Shown in pieces: positions 62,511 to 64,000 of a stretch of 64,000 bases of DNA. The translations under genes and the position numbers were made by a program. The number at the start of each line of letters is the position of its first letter. Within the stretch, counting starts at the first letter, position 1. The notes under the pieces were generated by a model. That model was not told the origin of the DNA. It did not search any database and saw only the letters and a program-made list of their open reading frames with translations. The DNA is from Tepidisphaera sp. (lineage in GTDB: Bacteria; Planctomycetota; Phycisphaerae; Phycisphaerales; UBA1924), in NCBI GenBank assembly GCA_050916045.1, contig CP051526.1, positions 3,712,001 through 3,776,000 of the forward strand, read 5' to 3'.

Positions 62511-63143
62511 ATGGGACGCACACGGATCAAGATCTGCGGCATCAAGGACACCGAGACCGCACTGGTGGCGGCGCGGGCGGGCGCGGACGCGGTGGGGTTC
62601 ATCTTCGCCAAGAACAGCCCGCGGTACATCGACCCCGATGACGCTCAGGACATCATGTTCGCTCTGCCGCCGATGGTCGCGAGCGTGGGCGTGTTCATGA
62701 ACCACTCTCCGGACGCGTTCACCGACATCGAGGAGAGCTGCCCGACCACGCACACGCAGCTCCACGGCAACGAGGACGAGCGCGTCGTGCAGCAGTGCGG
62801 GCCGGCGATCAAAGCCATCCGGTACGGCGAATCGACGATCGCGGCGGACATCAAGCGGTGGGCTGGCTGCGAGGATGTCGAGGCCCTGCTTATCGACGGC
62901 CCGACACCCGGCGAAGGGATCACGTTCAAGTGGGAGCTCCTGCCGCCGCTGCTCGCGGGGGTCGAGATCCCGGTCTTTCTCGCGGGCGGGCTGACGCCGG
63001 CGAACGTCGCGGAAGCGATCCGGATCGTGAGGCCGTACGGCGTGGATGTGTCCAGCGGCGTGGAAAGCTCGCGCGGCGTCAAGGACCACCGGCTGATCGA
63101 GAAGTTCTGCGAAGCGGTCCGCCGGGCGGACCTGACGAGCTAA
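62511..63143 (+). CDS. trpF: Phosphoribosylanthranilate isomerase
   Basis: IKICGI, GFIF..SPR, QLHGNE, LAGGLTP.NV, DVSSGVE. Confidence 0.95.
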   Translation: MGRTRIKICGIKDTETALVAARAGADAVGFIFAKNSPRYIDPDDAQDIMFALPPMVASVGVFMNHSPDAFTDIEESCPTTHTQLHGNEDERVVQQCGPAIKAIRYGESTIAADIKRWAGCEDVEALLIDGPTPGEGITFKWELLPPLLAGVEIPVFLAGGLTPANVAEAIRIVRPYGVDVSSGVESSRGVKDHRLIEKFCEAVRRADLTS

Positions 63144-63183
63144 CCGGGCCAGCGAAGCAGGCGGGCCGACTGGTGGTTCGCGA

Positions 63184-64000
63184 TCACTTCAGGTCGGTGT
63201 TGGGCCGGACGCGATTGGCTTCCCGGTCGGCGATCTCGCGGGCGCGGCGTTCGCGGAAGTCCTTCATGCCCGCGGGCTCGGGGAACCGCGCGGCAAAGGA
63301 CCTGCCGCCGGCTTTCGCGCCCTCGGCGATGATGTTGCCCCAGATCCGCTGGAGAAGGTCGAACGCGTACTGGCGAAGCCAGTCGGGTGCCTGCGTGTAG
63401 GCGATCTCGGCCTGCTCTGTGGGGAGCAGGACGATGTACGACACGTAGAGCGAGCCGACGAGATTCTCGAAGGTGTCGCCGAGGACGCCCATGCGCGGGT
63501 CGGCGGTGATGGCGGAGAGGCGTTCCTGCTTGGACTTGAAGTACGCCATGTACTGCCGGGCGTAGGAGATCTGCGAGTTGAAGCCTTCGGCGTCCTGGTT
63601 GATGAGCGCGATGATCGCGCCCTGCACCGCGCCGGTGACCTCGGAGATCGCGACGCTCGGGGAGGTCTGGCGGTCCCAGAGCTCCTTGATGACGAACTCA
63701 TCGAGAGGGAGAGACAGGATGTCGGCGCGCTCGGGATCGGTGAGGTTCTGGCCCGGCCACTCGCGGAGGACCTTCTGGTAGTACTCGGCCCGCTGCCGGT
63801 CGCCGCGGCGGTAGAAGTACCGGATGGCGTCCTTCATGAAGTTCTCGTACCCGGCGGAGTAGTAGGAATACCCGCGTTCCCAGAGCTGGTCGACCTTGGA
63901 CCGCTGCCGGAGTTCCTCGATGATCTCGCCGTAGGTGTCGACGAAGTTGGGCTCGATCACGGCCATGTAGTAGCCGGTCGCTCGCGGGTCGAGCTCGAGA
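63184..64000 (-). CDS. Hypothetical protein, 3' part (begins beyond the window)
   Basis: Open frame with coding-like codon usage running to the window edge. Confidence 0.7.
   Translation of the reverse strand, partial: LELDPRATGYYMAVIEPNFVDTYGEIIEELRQRSKVDQLWERGYSYYSAGYENFMKDAIRYFYRRGDRQRAEYYQKVLREWPGQNLTDPERADILSLPLDEFVIKELWDRQTSPSVAISEVTGAVQGAIIALINQDAEGFNSQISYARQYMAYFKSKQERLSAITADPRMGVLGDTFENLVGSLYVSYIVLLPTEQAEIAYTQAPDWLRQYAFDLLQRIWGNIIAEGAKAGGRSFAARFPEPAGMKDFRERRAREIADREANRVRPNTDLK

Overview
High-GC bacterial DNA, most likely from a Planctomycete of the Phycisphaerales type (DUF1552/DUF1592 pair, VPAP/VPTPG PEP-CTERM-like tails, C-terminal 'GC-type' dockerin-like domains, dispersed pathway genes). 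About 46 kb at the left and 6 kb at the right are core genome: pckA, hflX, gyrB, cystathionine beta-synthase and gamma-lyase, rimO, an ECF sigma/anti-sigma pair, pyrF, nuoF, metK, nadD, thiG, trpF and four tRNAs. A ~12.3 kb island (46053-58354) is integrated in tRNA-Glu, bounded by a 24-bp direct repeat and 19-bp arm-type repeats. It looks like a collapsed integrative element with three chimeric ORFs: coupling protein::tyrosine integrase, small ICE gene::Rhs, and QatA::QatD-like tail. The Rhs toxin has a dockerin-like module inside its core, an Atp23/M76-like HExxH tip and a lipoprotein immunity gene. The integrase ORF crosses the att site, so excision would swap its C-terminus. In the core genome, about 14 genes have a TAnnnT -10 box 4-8 nt before the start codon (apparently leaderless), and a similar box precedes a 6-codon uORF (MILIAF) upstream of hflX. 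All family assignments come from motif recognition by eye; no database searches were run.
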